A program made the translations under genes and the position numbers. This document shows, in pieces, positions 1 through 42,264 of a stretch of 64,000 nt of DNA. Below the pieces are notes generated by a model. It searched no databases and had not been told where the DNA came from. It worked only from the letters and a program-made list of their open reading frames with translations. Position 1 is the stretch's first letter. Each line of letters begins with the position of its first letter. Origin of the DNA: the human T2T-CHM13v2.0 reference genome, Homo sapiens; the NCBI RefSeq assembly GCF_009914755.1, contig NC_060941.1; one strand, 5' to 3'.

Positions 1-544
1 CTCCGCCTCCCAGGTTCAAGTGATTCTCCTGCCCCAGCCTCCCAAGTATCTGGGATTACAGGCATGCACCACCATGCCCAGCTAATTTTGTATTTTTAGT
101 AGAGTCTGGGTTTCTCCATGTTGAGGCTGGTCTCGAACTCCTGACCTCAGGTGATCCACCACCCTCAGCCTCCCAAAGTGCTGGGATTACAGGCGTGAGC
201 CACCACGCCCGGCGGTTTTGGTTTATTATTATTATTATTATTTATTTATTTTTTTTAATAGAGACAGGGTTTCACCATGTTGTCCAGGCTAGTGTTGAAC
301 TCTTGGGCTCAAGGGATCTACCCACCTCAGCCTCCTAAAGTGCTGGGATTACAGGTGTGAGCCACCACACCTGGCCTTTTGTTTGTTTTTGTTAGAGACA
401 GGGTCTTGCTCTGTCACCCAGGTTGGAGTGCAGTGGCACAATCACAGCTCACTGTAACTTGCAACTCCTGCCCTCAAGCAATCCTCCCGCTTCACCCTCC
501 CAAAGCACTAGGATTACAGGCATGAGCCACCATGCCCAGCCCTA

Positions 545-900
545 CTGGAGCTTTGTAGTAAGTCTTGATGCTGGGTCGTGTCAATCTTCCAACTTTGCTC
601 TCTTTCAATATTGTGTTGGCTATTCTGGGTCTTTCGCCCCTCCAGACAAACTTTAGAATCAGTTTGTAAATATCCATGAAATGGTTTTCTGGCATTTTGA
701 TTGGGATTGTGTTGAAGATACAGATCAATTTGGAAAGAACTGACATCTTGACAATGTTGAGTGTTCCTATATATGAACATGGACTCTCTCCATTTATTTA
801 TATCTTCTTCGATGTCTTTCATCAGAGTTTTGTAGTTTTCTTCATGTAGATCTTATACGTATTTTGTTAGATTTATATGTAAGTATTTAATTTGGGACAG
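545..900 (-). mobile_element. Old L1 ORF2 fragment
   Basis: Minus-strand translations FNTIPIKMP...KLILKFVW...RIANTILKE...IKTYYKA and KDIEEDINKWRE match L1 ORF2. Confidence 0.85.
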
Positions 901-1494
901 TGCTAATGTAATTGGTACTGTGTGTTATTTGAAGACATTATAAACAGCAATTCAACTCAAGAAGTGTAGTACCAGTAGGGTTCACAACTCAGCTGAGGTG
1001 ATAACAATACGAACAGCTACGACTGGGTTCTCACAAGTGTAGGCAAAACCTACCATGTTGTATGACACCATGGATTGTACAATATATCCTAATTTTGGGA
1101 AAAATAAAATGTGCTAAAACACGTGACTTAGAATTGATTGGCCAGGTGCAGTGGCTCACACCTGTAATCCCAGCACTTTGGGAGGCTGAGGCGGGCAGAT
1201 CACTGGAGGCCAGAAGTTCGAGACCAGCCTGGCCAACATGGTGAAACCCCATCTCTACTAAAAATACAAAAAATTAGCCAGGCGTGGTGACACATGGCTG
1301 TAGTCCCAACTACTCAGGAGGCTGAGGTTTTAGTGAGCCAAGATCACACCACTGCTGTACTATAGCCTGCGTGACAGAGTAAGATTCTGTATCAAAAAAA
1401 AAATTTGAAATATGCTAAATATTTAACAAATAGGCCAAGCAGGTGGCTCACACCTGTAATCACAACACTTTGGGAGACCGAGGTGGGTGTATCA

Positions 1495-1764
<270 letters not shown>

Positions 1765-2044
1765 TCATAACCAATTTAAAGTCTAGAAACCACTGGAAAA
1801 TTTTCCATTTTTCCCAGTTTATATCCTAGGAGAAAGCAAATCTAATTGGCCTGGACACTCAGCTTATGGTACAGTTTACAAATTTCTGGTAACTTCCACT
1901 GCTTTAAACGAAGACTGAAATTACCAATGTCTCAAATAGAGTAGAAGTTTATTTCTTGCTCACAAAATAGTAACGAGGCTGCCGGGCCCGGTGCTTCGCG
2001 CCTGTAATCCCAGCACTTTTTGGGAGGCCGAGGGGAGTGGGTCA

Positions 2045-2326
<282 letters not shown>

Positions 2327-2489
2327 CTAGGTTGTTCGGGAGCCCAGAATCCTGATATTGTTGTTCCACCATCTCTAAGGGTTGTCCTCACCAAAGAGTC
2401 CAAACGGTTCAACTCCTGGCCTACATTCCAGCCAGCAGGATGAGGAAAGGGAAGCTCATTCCTTAAAGTCTACCACCAAAGTTGATTGT

Positions 2490-3160
<671 letters not shown>

Positions 3161-3430
3161 AATAAATTGAATACTTTGTTGTGGGGATCTCATAAAACTT
3201 ACAGAAAACATCTGCATTATGCCTTAAAACCAACATTGCAGTAAGGTAAGATCAACTAGCAGCATTCTCACAAAAAGGAAACAAAGTTGATCAAATCATT
3301 TACACTCCTTCCCATAAGCCATAACTATGTGACAACGCATGGCCACAGCTACAAAAGAAGTTAGAAAAAATAGGGTTTTTTGTTGTTGTTGTTGTTTTGA
3401 CACGGGGTCTCGCTCTGTCGCCCAGGCTAG

Positions 3431-3824
<394 letters not shown>

Positions 3825-4122
3825 TAGTCTCTAGCTTAGCAGCCATGTGCCTTTAGCAGCAGACTACAAAGTCTGCTACTATAATAAAAACAGAAGACTG
3901 GGACTAACTCACTATCTCTGTCACATACTAGGTCAAGCATGTGCTACTCAGCTATGGGCAGTGAGTACGGAGCCACAGAGTTTAGACAGATTCCCTGGAG
4001 AGGATATTCGCTGGATGCCTCCCCATCATTCATTCTGTCTTTCCTCCTTCCTAATACTGCCCTTAATTTCCCAGCCTGGTGGCTTAGACAGAATTGACAA
4101 CACCCCCTGTGCTGGAATGCCT

Positions 4123-4283
4123 CCATGTGAAGAAGGACATGTTTGCTTCCCCTTCCGCCATGATTGTAAGTTTCCTAAGGCCTCCCCAGCCATGCTAAAC
4201 TGTGAGTCAATTAAACCTCTTTCCTCTATAAAGTACCAGTCTCGGGTATGTCTTTATTAGCAGCGTGAGAACAGACTCATACA
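4123..4283 (+). mobile_element. THE1-type MaLR LTR 3' fragment, next to an older MLT1-like LTR remnant (~4284-4700)
   Basis: ccatgattgtaagtttcctaaggcctccccagccatg...tcaattaaacctcttt...gagaacagactcataca is typical THE1 3' end. Confidence 0.75.
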
Positions 4284-4825
4284 GCATGTTCTACCCTCTG
4301 GCCACAGTGATCCGTGTAAGGGACAGACATAGAACCCAGTCTGCACCAAGGAGAAATTTTCTGGGGTAAATGGGAAAGAAACTTCCTCTCTACTCAGGGA
4401 AAGCTATGCGAGGAGATTCTCTTCCTCCTGGTGGTAGGGTGTAAAGACATAAGGTCTGAACTGCTGCAGCTAATACTACTGTCAGGAGGAAGATCCCACT
4501 TAAGGAGGAAGTCAAAGCCAAAAAAAGGAACAGCAGAGAGAATGGCAGAGAAACAAGAACACTGATGACATCCTGAACTTCTGGACCAAACTGCACCTGC
4601 AGTTAGTCCTACTTCAGTCCTACTGGATGTTTTGATTGCTTGAACCAATAAATTCCCTTTTTGTTGCAATAGAGTTGGGTTTTCTGTTACCTGGTATAGT
4701 TCCTTACAATGGACCCAGAGTATGGCAAGCAATAATGACATATTTAATAGTATTAATATCATTTTTAGAATTTACATTATACAGCTGCCCTTTAAAAGAA
4801 TTTTTTTTTTTTTTTTTTTTTTTGA

Positions 4826-5128
<303 letters not shown>

Positions 5129-5381
5129 TAGGTGCAGTGGCTCACGCCTGTAATCCCAACACTTTGGGAAGCCTATGTGTGCAGATTTCTTGAGCCCAGG
5201 AGTTCAAGACCACTTGGGCAACAAAATGAAACCCCATTTCTACAAAAAATACAAAATGATGGCTGGGCTCGGTGGCTCACACTTGTAATCCCAGCACTTT
5301 CGGAGGCCGAAGTGGGCGGATCACCTGAGGTCGGGAGTTTGAGACCAGCCTGACCAACATGGAGAAACCCCGTCTCTACTA

Positions 5382-5740
<359 letters not shown>

Positions 5741-5743
5741 TTA

Positions 5744-5887
<144 letters not shown>

Positions 5888-6099
5888 CTACTAAAAATAT
5901 AAAAATTAGCCAGGCCTGGTGGCCCATGCTTGTAATCCCAGCTACTTGGGGGGCTAAGGCAGGAGAATCGCTTGAACTCAGAAGGCTGAGGTTGCAGAGT
6001 CAAGATGACGCCACTGCACTCCAGCCTGCATGACAGAGCAAGACTCTGACTCAAAACAAAGGAGAAGAAAAATATTTTTTTCCAAAATGTGCATCCAGT

Positions 6100-7440
<1,341 letters not shown>

Positions 7441-8550
7441 TGTTAACATTATTAACATTATTTCATTCATCCAGAATTGTATAAAAATAATGTAATGAAT
7501 GCCTGTGGACCACCCCACCCACACAACTATTTTTTTTCTCTTTATTCATCCTCAAAACAGACACCATTTGGCTGGCCGCAGTGGCTCACACCTGTAATCC
7601 CAGCATTTTGGGAGACCAAGGTGGGTGGATCACCTGAGATCAGGAGTTCGAGAGCAGCCTGGCCAACATGGAGAAACCCTGTCTTCATCTCCACAAAAAA
7701 TACAAAAATGAGCCAAGCGTGGTGGCGGGCACCTGTAATCCCAACTACTTGAGTCTCCTGAACCCGGGAGGCGGAGGTGGCGGTGAGCCGAGATCACGCC
7801 ACTGCACTGCAGCCTGGGCAATAAGAGTGAAACTCTGTTTAAAAAAAAATAAAAAAGAGGCACCATCTCTCAGAATCAGCTTGAGCAACTTGTAGACAAA
7901 TAGGTGGCCAGCTCTTGGCCCTGCTCTCTGTCCATCAGATCAATGGCTGAATCCCCTCTTCAGGTCCACGGTTGGAAGGGCCACTATTCGGGATATGACA
8001 GTTGCTCTGGTAGTTCAACATTAGTGCTGGTGACAACCTCTCATCGGCCACCTCCTGAGGAACCAGAGTTTTCCAGTGCCTGTGCTTCTCCCTCTGGCGC
8101 TGTTTCAGAGTAACTATTCTCCATACACTTCTCTTGCTGTGACTTCTGCTTATTTCTGGTGTCAGTTGCCTCTGGCTTTTGATTGCTTCTTTCTTGCATA
8201 CAACTCTCAGTTTGAAGCCACCCCACTCTCTGATGACTGTCTCAGCTTGTCTCACAGACACATTTCCCAATCATGAAGATCCAGTCGGTGGATTGGTCAT
8301 TATCCAGTCAGTGTACCTCTGTTGGATGGAGTTCTCACCTCGAGAGACCTCACAGGTCGCTGGCTACATGTCTGCCTTTGGGTCAGCTACTTGTTCCTCA
8401 ATCAACCAGCCCTGGCCTGGATAAGGGGGTCTGTGTTAGGAACTTGTTACTGGGCAACAAACCATCCCCCTCGACGAAGTCTTAGTGTCAAATAAATATA
8501 AGCATTTATTTCACTGATACACACATAGGAGTTGGCTGGGGGTCAGGTGA

Positions 8551-8823
<273 letters not shown>

Positions 8824-9084
8824 TGATCTGCCCACCTTGTCCTCCCAAAGTGCTGGGATTACAGGCGTGAGCTACCGCGCCCGGCGAAAAGAAATTTTTT
8901 AAATTAGTTGAGTGTGGTGGTGTGGGCCTGTAATCCTGGCTACTAAGGAAGCTGAAGTGGGAAGACAGCTTGAGCTAGGAGGTCATAGCTGCAGCGAGCC
9001 ATGATTATCTTACCATGGCACTCTAGTCTGAGTGACAGAGACCCTGTCTCAAAAAAAAAAAAAAAGGATAATGTAAAATCTTTA

Positions 9085-9492
<408 letters not shown>

Positions 9493-10113
9493 CTATGAGT
9501 CAGAGACAAATAGTTGGGGAGGTTCAAAGTATTTTCTTTTTCAGGCATCCTCTGATTCAAGAGGTAAATTCTCCATGTATTTTTCTCAATCCAGTTCCTC
9601 TGTCTTATAAATAGCAGAGATTCTGGCTTTTCTCCATTTTCCACATTTCTGTAGTGGTCTGAGTGGGCCGCAAGGAGGGGCTGCATCAGGGGCCACTGGC
9701 TGGTGACACTTTCCAGGTGACAGCCTCATTGCATACCCTCTGAAGCCCTGCAGCCCTTCCTGCTACCCTCATCTCTTCATGGCACTCCCACATCCTACTT
9801 GAGCTAGGGCTCATTCTGTGGGGGCCTTCACTCTCCTGTTTGCTTCTGAGACCCAGGAGGCAGAGGTTGCAGTGAGCCGAGATCACACCACTAAACTCCA
9901 GCCTGGGTGACAGAGCAAGACTCCATCTCAAAAAAAAAACAACAAAAAACCATTAGCCAGGTGTGGTGGCACACACCTATAGTCCCAGCTACTCGGGAGG
10001 CTGAGGTGGGAGGATCACTTGAGCCCAGGTGGTCAGGGCTGCAGGGAGCCATGATCCACTCCACACCAGCCTGGGCAACAAAGGGAGACCCTGGTCTCAA
10101 AAACATTTTTTTA

Positions 10114-10519
<406 letters not shown>

Positions 10520-10684
10520 TCAGATCGCATGGCTGTTGCTAAATCAAACACCGAGGCTAGCAGGATAGAACGCTCTCATCAATGAGGCCTAGGTCCCGAG
10601 CCCACCCTGAGAGACAGGCAGTGGCCTCAAGAGGAGGAGACATCAATAATCAAATACCAAGAAGACGAAATGCAAGGACAATAA

Positions 10685-11245
<561 letters not shown>

Positions 11246-11496
11246 TAAGAGACATGAAGGGGCTTGGCTAAGTTGCAAAGCAGGTATGGAACCAACAGAG
11301 GGGCTGTGGAGCTGTGCAGAAAAAACAGGAAGGCACTAACCCAGGGTAATGTGTCCATAGCCCCCACCTTGTCCAGCACCACATCCTCCCTTCACCTCAG
11401 GGCTGCAGCTCCTCCGCCTCTGCCTCCTCAGGGCCCACATCCTGTGCCTCTCTCCCTTATCATTCTGATCCTGCCAGTTTCTGCCACGCCTCTGTC

Positions 11497-11509
11497 TGAA
11501 CTTTGCTCC
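11497..11509 (-). promoter_or_regulatory. HNF4A-type DR1 element upstream of TM4SF5
   Basis: TGAACTTTGCTCC (rc GGAGCAAAGTTCA) about 85 bp before the ATG; contains the HNF4-specific CAAAGTYCA core. Confidence 0.6.
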
Positions 11510-11590
11510 GTGCTCCAGGCTTGTTTTCCTCTGGACCTGGGAACCACTGGCTTACTTTCACTCACCGCCTGTCCTTCCTGACACCTCACC

Positions 11591-22781
<11,191 letters not shown>

Positions 22782-22856
22782 GGCTCCACTGACCGCCGGG
22801 TTACACCTGCTCCTTCCTGGACGCCTACCTGGCTCGCTCACTCCCTTGCTCGCTAG

Positions 22857-22862
22857 AATAAA
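22857..22862 (+). terminator. TM4SF5 polyadenylation signal
   Basis: AATAAA about 75 nt after the stop, followed by U/GU-rich sequence. Confidence 0.85.
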
Positions 22863-23093
22863 CTGCTTTGCGCTCTCTTCTCTGTCTGAGATTGTGCCTT
22901 CTGTAAGGAGGAGTGTGCGAGAGGCTACGGATACACCTGGCCTTTGGGGCCCCTGCACCCCACTTGTACTTTCTTAACAAATAGATACTGAGCTATTTGG
23001 TTGCGCTGGAAATAAGGACGGTAAACAAGACAGACAAGTTTTATTCTCTCAAAGAACTTGGCATTCCAAGGGTGGAAGATAGGCAATTTTTAA

Positions 23094-23341
<248 letters not shown>

Positions 23342-23626
23342 TGAGCAAAAGTAATCCTCCCACTTCAGGCTCCCAAAGTATTGGGATTACAGGCTTGAGC
23401 CACCGTGCGCGGCCGATAAGCACTTTTTAAAAGCATGTTGGTAATGGGATTGATATTGACTTATGGAGAGACTCTCTTTTATGACAGGGAAAATTTGAGA
23501 AAATGAAATTTGAGCTAAGATCAGGAAGGCTTGCTAACCATCTGGATATTTGGGGGATTATAGGCAGAGAGAACAGCAAGGACAAAGATCCTAAACAGGG
23601 ATCAGTTCTGTAGGAGAAAATAATGA

Positions 23627-24021
<395 letters not shown>

Positions 24022-24194
24022 TAATTTGGTAGAATTTTCTTAATCTTAGGTCACTGGTTCAGAAAGGAGACAACCTAGGCACCTAATGGGGGCAGGGTGT
24101 CTGCAGACTCTCTCAGAAAGCCAGACTTCCTGGGCCCGCACGATGGTGCAAGCCGGTAATCCCAAAACTTTGGAAGGCTGAAGCCAGTGGATCA

Positions 24195-24440
<246 letters not shown>

Positions 24441-24607
24441 TCACTTGTCTGAAAATTATCTGTTTAAGTGCGTTTTTCTCGAGTCCATAACTTTTCAGCA
24501 ATCTACCATAGACCCCTGAGACCAAATCCAAATGTATGCCTCACCTAATGCTAAGTTAGGAGGGGAAAAGGAGACTCAGTTCCCCATCCCTTAAACAGGC
24601 GAGACCA

Positions 24608-24914
<307 letters not shown>

Positions 24915-24947
24915 AAACAGGCGAGACCAAAGTCAACTCAGAGAAGC

Positions 24948-24953
24948 TTTAAT
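24948..24953 (-). terminator. VMO1 polyadenylation signal (ATTAAA)
   Basis: tttaat on + = ATTAAA on -, about 57 nt after the stop. Confidence 0.7.
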
Positions 24954-25009
24954 AGCAAGAGGTGGGACTAGCCTCCTGGCCCGGGAGAGAGCGGCGGCGG
25001 CGGCGCCGT

Positions 25010-25999
25010 TCAACTGCGGCAGCAGAATAAGCGCGCGTCGTTCAGCGCAGTGTCATCGCCGAGGCCTCTAGGTCCCTGGATCTTGGTCTGCAGGCCGCAC
25101 GCGCCCTTGGGGCAATGGTCACTCCAGTCTCCAAAGTCTCCCCAGCTCAGCCCAGGCCCCTGCAGTTCCTCGCCGTCTGAACAGCGGAAGCGCACGTTGT
25201 TCGCTGCTGTGTTGTCACCGAGGGTCGTGGGTGCCTCCACGCGAAGCGAGAAAGCCACTAGGTAGGCGCCGCCGCGACACCACAGCGGCTCACTCCATTC
25301 GCCCCAGCTGCAAGGCAAAGGGAGATGCGTTGCCTCTGCGGGCCCCCCATTCACCAAGCCCTTGAGACTTTCCAAGCCAAGTGCTGTGTATATGACCTGG
25401 TGGGCTGGGTGCTCCCCGACCTCCGCCGAGGAGCGGAGGAGGGGTCTTCCATCCACCCTTCGCCTCCCCGGTCTATACTGCCCCGTAGCTCTGGCGGAGC
25501 CAGCCTGCCTGTTGCGACGGAGTATGTAATAGAGGGTAAGGGACATACATCACCCCAAGGGATCCTCGACCCCTGCGCCCCACCTTCCAGACTGGGACTC
25601 TACCACGTGCGTATTGCCTAGGACGTTCCCGCGCGCGCAGTGCAGCCTGATCCCATTCAGTGCAGTGTCGTCGCCAGGAATGCCTTGGGGAGGCTCCACC
25701 TGGGTATCGAGGAGAGGGGCAAGGGCGAGTCACGGAATTATCATCCTTGGCTCTATGGTCCCACGCATCTCCGCCCTCTCCAGGACCTACGCCTGAGCCC
25801 CAACCTTGAGCGAGAACCCGCTGGCGAAGAATCCATCGGGACACATCTCAGGCCAGGCCCAGTCGCCCCAGGGACCCCCGCTGGTCACTTCGATGACCGC
25901 CGTGTAGCCGTTCCGGCCATCTGCCTGTGCACATGTGAAACCAGTCGCCCGCAGAAGCAGCAGCAGCGGCAGCAGCTTGGCTCCTGCGCCCCGCTCCAT
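25010..25999 (-). CDS. VMO1: Vitelline membrane outer layer protein 1 homolog (secreted beta-prism), 202 aa, 3 exons
   Basis: Exons 25999-25805, 25699-25584, 25307-25010; 609 nt = 202 aa + TGA. Leu-rich signal peptide; three internal repeats ([13 protein letters not shown] / [13 protein letters not shown] / [13 protein letters not shown]) with WG[DE]W motifs. Confidence 0.97.
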
Positions 26000-26034
26000 C
26001 CTGTAGCGTCTGTGAATCAGGCCTCCTAAGCAGA

Positions 26035-26040
26035 TTTATA
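26035..26040 (-). promoter_or_regulatory. VMO1 TATA box
   Basis: TATAAA on the minus strand, 35 bp upstream of the ATG. Confidence 0.65.
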
Positions 26041-26655
26041 TCAGTTTGGCCTCTGTGAGGGCTCCGATTGCGGAAGGGCCTCCCAGATTAAGTGAAACCC
26101 AAAACTAATCCACTCCCGGAACCCTATTTCCTGCTCCCGGAGGCAGAGGCTCCCAGAGCTAGGGTAGGAGGGGCAGTGAGAGAGGGCGAATTAAAATAAC
26201 CATCACCTACTGAATATTTACTATAGGCTACGAATTATGGTTAGCGCTTTGCAGTATTTTGTTTAACCCTCACAACAATTTTTGGGGGGTGAGAATTATC
26301 CTTCCTATTTTGTAGATGAGGGAACTGGCTCAAAAATGGCAAGCAACTTGCCTTAGGTTTACAGCCAAGCAAGCTGGGAAACATTCCAGAAGTGAGAGTG
26401 GAGACAGAGCAGAGACCAGGGCTAGGGATGGAAGTGACCTCCCGGGAGTCCCACCAGTGACGGGATGGGGCAAGAGCAACCCAGAGACCTCCAGGATGTG
26501 AGGGGACATCAGAGTGAGGATAGGACAAGAATCCTCGAACTGGAGAAGCTGAGAAAACTCCTGTCAGCTCAGAAGTCTCTTCCTCCTCTGAGAGGTCTTC
26601 TGAGAGCTCAGGGCCCTAACACCTTGAGAATCCGGGACACTCCTCCCCACCTTAG

Positions 26656-26925
<270 letters not shown>

Positions 26926-27165
26926 TGATCCGCCTGCCTCGGCCTCCCAAAGTGCTGGGATTACAGGCGTGAGCCACCGCGCCCGGTCCAACAGGAATAA
27001 CTCTAAGAAGTTTGGGGACAGGAGACTAAGAACCCCTAAGAAAAGATCATGCTGTTTCTTCCATTGCTTTCTGTATCCTTATATCCTTTCCTGGAATGCC
27101 TTTCCCCCTGTGACCACCAGATGGACTCCTAATTTGCAAAACAAAAAGCGAGAAAATCTGGCTAA

Positions 27166-27402
<237 letters not shown>

Positions 27403-28327
27403 TGATCCGCCCACCTCGGCCTCCCAAAGTGCTGGGATTACAGGCGTGAGCCACCGTGCCTGGCCTAAAAATGCCTGGCTAAATTTGTTAGGGGCCACAA
27501 CCCCAGATTTACCTGCCCCTCATACACACTCCTTTGTTTATTCAATACCTATTTAGCAATAATATGTTTTGGCTTAAGCAATATTCCACTTGCTGTAAGC
27601 AAGAATAACAAGGCCCCTGTCATCAGAGGTCACATTCCAGTGGGGGAGACAGAGGATAAATTCTCCCCCAGTGGACCTTGAGCTCTGTGAAGGCACTTTT
27701 GTATTCTTGAAGCCTAGTACGTGCGGAAGTACTTAATAAAAGTTGGTGCAATGAATGATTGAAGAGCCAATCTGGAGTTTTGAAAATTAAACCACAAAAA
27801 TGCAAAAGGATAAAGCCTGACGTACGTATATGATTGCAAGAGGTCATGTATCCAGGTCAAGACAAAGTCCCCTGGGAATAAGATAGAGAATTTAGAAGTG
27901 GGTGTTCCCGGCTGGGCGCGGTGGTTTACGCCTGTAATCCCAGCACTTTGGGAGGCCAAGTTGGGCGGATCACAAGGTCAGGAGTTCGAGACCAGCCTGT
28001 CCAGTATGGTGAAACCCTGTCTCTACTAAAAATGTAAAAATTAGCCGGCACTTTCCAGCCTGGGCGACAGAGCGAGACTTTGTCTCAAAAAACAAAAAAA
28101 CAAAAAACAAACAAAAAAAAAAAGAGAGCGAGAGAGAAGTGGGTGTTCCCTGGATCCCAGAGCCGGACAATGCTTGAACTTAATAAGATTTATAGGGCAA
28201 TTGTGGTCAGCTTTTCCATTTAGTGTTTTCACATACGTTATCATTTAATCCTCACATGAGGCTTGCAAAGTACCTATTATTATCCTCAATTTACAGTGGA
28301 GGGAACTCAAGCCCAGAGTGAATTTAG

Positions 28328-29939
<1,612 letters not shown>

Positions 29940-30145
29940 GACGGCGGCTGCGGGGACCGGCGGGAACGGAGCGGACCGCCCGGGGTGGGGCCGCGCAGCC
30001 CGGGGTCAGTCCTGCAGCCCGCGCCGCGGCCGCCTCCGTATCCCGCCTCTTCCGTGACGTCGCCGCGGCGAGGGCCGCCCCCGGCAGGGAATGGCGTTGA
30101 GCTCCCTCTGTCCGCAGTCTCGGAAAGACGGGAGGAGCTGTGAGG

Positions 30146-30220
30146 AATAAAAAAGCAATATTTGGCAGCGTCGACGTAGGGCGTTTTGTGTGATGACGAC
30201 AGGCGCTTAAGGGAAATAAA
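30146..30220 (+). terminator. Tandem GLTPD2 polyadenylation signals
   Basis: AATAAA at 30146-30151 and 30215-30220. Confidence 0.7.
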
Positions 30221-30810
30221 AAACGAAGGTGAGAAGATGTGTCATCTCTGTTCTCGGCAGCCGAGAGACTCACGCTCCCCCGGCCTATCGTAGTCACTCC
30301 CGTGGCTTCGGTTGCCAAACACACGCTGAGTCTCCAGCCCAGACTTGTCCCTGAGCTTCACCCCTGTGCAGCCAAGTATACAGCAAGCATCCTGCACACT
30401 CCACAGACGCTGCAAATGCAACGCGTCCAACACGGGTCCCACCACCATCCCCCTAAGAACTACACCTCCTCCTGTGTTCCCTGTCTCTGTGAATAAATGG
30501 CACCCTCACCCTTCAGCTACCCAAGCGCATGTGCGTCATGCCTCACACCAAGCAGGTGCTCAGCTCCATAATGTATGTTTATTAAATGACTCCACGGCCA
30601 CTCCCACAATGAACATGAAAGATCTTGCCATTTCATACACTGATAACTTCCAAATCACAACTTCAATCCACTTTCTCCTGGACTCCAGAATCCTACATAT
30701 ACGATTGCCTATTCGGTATTTCCACTTGGATGTCACCTAGGCATAGCAAACCTACCATGTCCAACACTAAGCTCCAACACGCCCTCCCCACGAAAATTCT
30801 CCCTTCATAG

Positions 30811-31264
<454 letters not shown>

Positions 31265-31469
31265 TGAAAATCTGAGCAGTGCCCACTTTCTCCACTCCTA
31301 GTACCTTTGACTATGAAGGGAGACTATATCCTAGATTACTGCACTAGCCTCCTCATTGTTTCTCTGTCCATCCTTTCCCTCCCTATAATGTATTTTATTT
31401 TATTTTTGTGCCCCCTCTCCCACCCTCCTATAATGTATTTTATTTTTTTTATTTATTTACTTATTTTGA

Positions 31470-31574
<105 letters not shown>

Positions 31575-31599
31575 TGAGTAGCTGGGATTACAGGCGTAA

Positions 31600-35417
<3,818 letters not shown>

Positions 35418-35549
35418 GGTGTGGTCACTTTAGCCCAAAGACTCTCAGGTTTATTTTGTGGGCCCTTTGGACTGTAACTCCATAAGATCGGTACGGCGCA
35501 AGCCACTAGGACTGTTTTTTGTTTTGTTTTGTTTTTGCTTTTGTTTTGA

Positions 35550-35747
<198 letters not shown>

Positions 35748-35758
35748 TGAACTCCTAA

Positions 35759-38277
<2,519 letters not shown>

Positions 38278-38329
38278 ATCCTGGGATTCTAGTATGCAAT
38301 AAGAGATGCCCTGTACTGATGCAAAATTT

Positions 38330-38335
38330 AATAAA
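38330..38335 (+). terminator. PSMB6 polyadenylation signal
   Basis: AATAAA about 52 nt after the stop, with a downstream U-rich tract. Confidence 0.85.
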
Positions 38336-39267
38336 GTTTGTCACAGAGAATCTTTGTACTTTGGGGTTCTTTTTTTTTTGACTTCAAGTCCGAATTTGTC
38401 TGGCCCATTCCTATTTGTAAAAACCATTGCACTGAACTCAGAGCAAGTTGGAGAGGAGATGAAAGGAGTTTATGAATGCTTTATTCCCCAGTAAACTTTT
38501 ACATGGGTGGTTTTCAAACCTCTTCTCCAAATTGCCTTCCCCCAAACTTCCTTTCCCCCACCATATCCAGGTCCTTGAACCACTGGATTGTGGTTGGTGT
38601 TGGGGGTACCAGCAACACCCACTCCCTGTTCAAGCCCAAGGTGGAACTCGGAATTCTGACTAAAACTGGAGTCACCTTCCTTCAGCCTGCTTCCTGCCAG
38701 TCATCCTGGGTGACTACTGTCCCTAAGGCCACAAAGACCAGCCTCCTCCAGCCCAGCCTCATGGTCCCCTCTCTCCACACTTAACCTCTGTTACCTCACC
38801 TTGTGGTCAGCAGTAGCACTGTGACTTCCTTGGCTTTTGGGAGAAAGGTGGGCCTTGTCTGCAAATGGAATTTAAGATGAATGATGAGTGGGAGAACAAA
38901 ACCACTGGGAGTGGTTTGGCCAGCTCTGGAAGCCACCATTCCCATGGTAGGGGGTGTGATCAACCTCTTGGATGAGAGGCTGAAAATAGACTCTGGCCCT
39001 TCCGAAGCTGTCCCCACTCAAGCCAGGGACATAAAGGAGCTCGATAGCTGGGACTACAGGTGTGTGTCACCTCACCTCAGGCTAATTTTATTATTATGTA
39101 TTTTTTAGAGACAGAGTCTCGCTCTGTCATCCAGGCAGCAGTGTCACTGTCATAGCTCACTGTAACCTCAAACTCCTGGGCTTAAGTGATTCTCCTGCCT
39201 CAGCCTACCAGTGTGCTGGGATTACAGGCATGAGCCACTGTGCCCATCCTTTTTTTATTTTATTTAG

Positions 39268-39570
<303 letters not shown>

Positions 39571-39658
39571 TAAATATTTTTTAGAGACAAGGTCTCCCTA
39601 TGTTGCCCAAGCTGGTCTTGAAGTGGCCTCAAGAGATCCTCTTGCCTCAGCCTCTTGA

Positions 39659-40295
<637 letters not shown>

Positions 40296-41142
40296 TAGGT
40301 TCACAGCAAAATTGAGTCGAAAATACAGATATTTCCCATGTGCTCCTCTCCCCACGTGGGCAACCTCCCCCACTGTCAACATTCTGCACCAGAGATGGCC
40401 ATTTGTTGGAACTAGTAAACCTGCACTGACACATCACTCCCAGATTTCCACATGGCTGCTCATCATTCAGCTCTCAGCTCAAATGTCACCTCATCAGAAA
40501 GGCCTTTCCCAACCACCTGAAACTGAAGAATCACCACCCCCCAATCCCACTCTCACATGACCCTGTTTCATTTTCTTCAAAGCAGCACACATCACCATCT
40601 TGGGTTCTGCTTAGCTGTTACCTGTGTATGATTGTCTCCCTCCCTCTACTAGCAAGTCAGTTCAGTGAGAAGAGAGAATTGTTCCTTCCTGGTTCATTGA
40701 TACATCCTCCATGCCTGGCAGGGGTGGACACTCAGCATTTACTGAATGAATATGCTTTCTCATCCCATCTGCTATCCTGCCCTGCCCCCAGCCACCCCAG
40801 CCTGCCTTCACCACACTCAACCCCGAAGCTTGACGTCAGCCAATTCTTACTTTCCCGCTTGTCACACCTGGGCTCTGCGTTAGGTCAGCTGCCTCATATT
40901 CATCATTCGTGTGTCTCACTCCCACCGTAGACAACACTTCCCATCTCAGCCCCATAACCCAGCCCTGCAGCCTTGGCCCCATCTACACCCCCAGCACACA
41001 CACACACAGCACTTAGCAACTATGAACACATTTGATGAGAAGGTTAGAAAGGACTTGGGGAGGTGGACATTAGGATCGCTGAGAAATCTGGGGAAGGAAG
41101 CTTGCTAAGCCTTCCTGGAGGTTCACCTCCTCGTCGTCCCCT

Positions 41143-42264
<1,122 letters not shown>

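Noticed and set aside
38480-38485. Minus-strand AATAAA as the C17orf114 poly(A) signal, tail-to-tail with PSMB6
   Set aside because: 2.6 kb from the stop with several Alu-tail AATAAA candidates in between; cannot be assigned from sequence alone.
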